Positions 62,587 through 64,000 of a DNA stretch of 64,000 nucleotides are shown here, piece by piece. The notes under the pieces are model-generated. The model searched no databases. It worked only from the letters and a program-made list of their open reading frames with translations, and was not told the origin of the DNA. Both the position numbers and the translations under genes were made by a program. Source of the DNA: Eledone cirrhosa (Eukaryota); NCBI GenBank assembly GCA_964016885.1, contig OZ024756.1, positions 30,814,001 to 30,878,000 of the forward strand, given 5' to 3'. Within the stretch, counting starts at the first letter, position 1, and the number at the start of each line of letters is the position of its first letter.

Positions 62587-63225
62587 CTAAATACTGAGAT
62601 GAAAATATTATTACATCCATACATATTCCTTATATTACTGTGACTGTTTTTTTTGTTTTGTTTTTTTTTCATTTAGAGAATCAGTTATCCTAAATATTCG
62701 ACGTTCGCACTCAATGGAATCACCATGCATCTTGTTCTTCATGTGTACGAGACACATAAATGCTAGTGACATACGACGTTGATAGGTATTCATTGCACGA
62801 ATGAATCACACTATAGCAACCCACTTAGGAATCGAATCCACGACATTATGATCGTATGTCAAACATCCTTACCACTAGGACACGAACCTCCACTCCATCA
62901 AAAATAAAAAACACAAATCAGCATCGTTTTGGTTTAATATAAGCTGGGTGATTATAACATATATCAAATCATTTGCCATTAGATCTCATATCCTTTTTAT
63001 ATTGTATATATAATTATGTCCTTTTTACGACTCAAAAATAGAGACACATTTCAAAATATTGATTTCTTACCATATATTATCGATTTAATATTCTATACAA
63101 TTATCCTCCTGTGTAGCTTTAGATAGTAATTCATCAAAATTATCATCTCTGTTTGTATATCATATGGTTGATGATAACTAAATAAAATATAGGTCACGTA
63201 TTAACTACTCCAGCCTCCGTCATTA

Positions 63226-63329
<104 letters not shown>

Positions 63330-63919
63330 TGTAAAATAAAACAAGGTTGATTGGTTACTCTTTCATTATGTGTATTGGTGACGTGCGTTTCGCCACTGAT
63401 CAGCTCAAGGTTCGATCTGCATCGATCTAGCCCGACTCTGTAGTTACACCCATGTTACACTCCCTGGATATATATATATATATATATGGATCTAAGTAAA
63501 ATATGGGTGGATGTGAAAAAGGAAAAGTTTGCTCTTACAATCAGGGGAGATAGTATTGAGTAATAGAGCATATTACATCGTCAAATGAAGGCCATATATT
63601 GTTGGTGTATATAGGTCGAGATTTGGGATCGTAGAATCTTCATAGATTATAGCATCTCTGGTACTTTGTTGAAGTGTGGCAGTTTTAGACAGCATGTGCT
63701 ATTACTAGGAGTGTGTGCACACCTTGATAGTGAATTGACTGCCTGAAACTAGCTGATAGGTACTGGGTAACCATTTTCAATTCAACAAGGACTCTTTGGA
63801 GTCTTTTATATTTGTCATTAGGTTCGCTGAATTCAGCTCAAGAGGTCTCCTTACAAATGTAGGCCATTTTGGCTCTGCAGTGTAGGAAAAAATCGTGCTG
63901 CGCAAATACGTCTCTTGAA

Positions 63920-64000
63920 GCATCATTAGAGGGTCGGACGCCGTGCTTTACAGCATAGTTACGTCCCTTTACGATCTGAGTTCAAATCCCGCCGAGGTTG
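63920..64000 (+). mobile_element. SINE family 1, cut by the window end
   Basis: tagagggtcggacgccgtgcttt..ctgagttcaaatcccgccgaggtt. Confidence 0.8.

Overview
Eukaryotic, AT-rich, repeat-dominated window with no convincing host protein-coding gene. The dense (TA)n/(CA)n/(GA)n tracts and the SINE families resemble an octopod cephalopod genome (inference from recalled Octopus repeats). Almost all ORFs in the track are microsatellite artefacts. Real content: (1) one decayed, 5'-truncated Penelope-like retroelement (RT + GIY-YIG, minus strand, ~30.2-34.0 kb) sitting in (TA)n; (2) many short inserts in or beside (TA)n tracts that carry minimal type I hammerhead ribozyme (HHR) motifs with palindromic or near-palindromic stem III (8 with intact cores, 4 with one core lesion, further degenerate or half motifs); (3) these inserts are often DNA palindromes whose fold-back axis lies on the HHR stem II or another native hairpin, suggesting hairpin-primed fold-back during (TA)n-targeted retrotransposition; (4) two near-identical 400-bp bipartite RTE-derived elements retaining a C2H2 zinc-finger coding stretch; (5) at least three tRNA-derived SINE families; (6) 21-, 33- and 36-bp minisatellites. 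All motif calls were made by eye; element boundaries are approximate.
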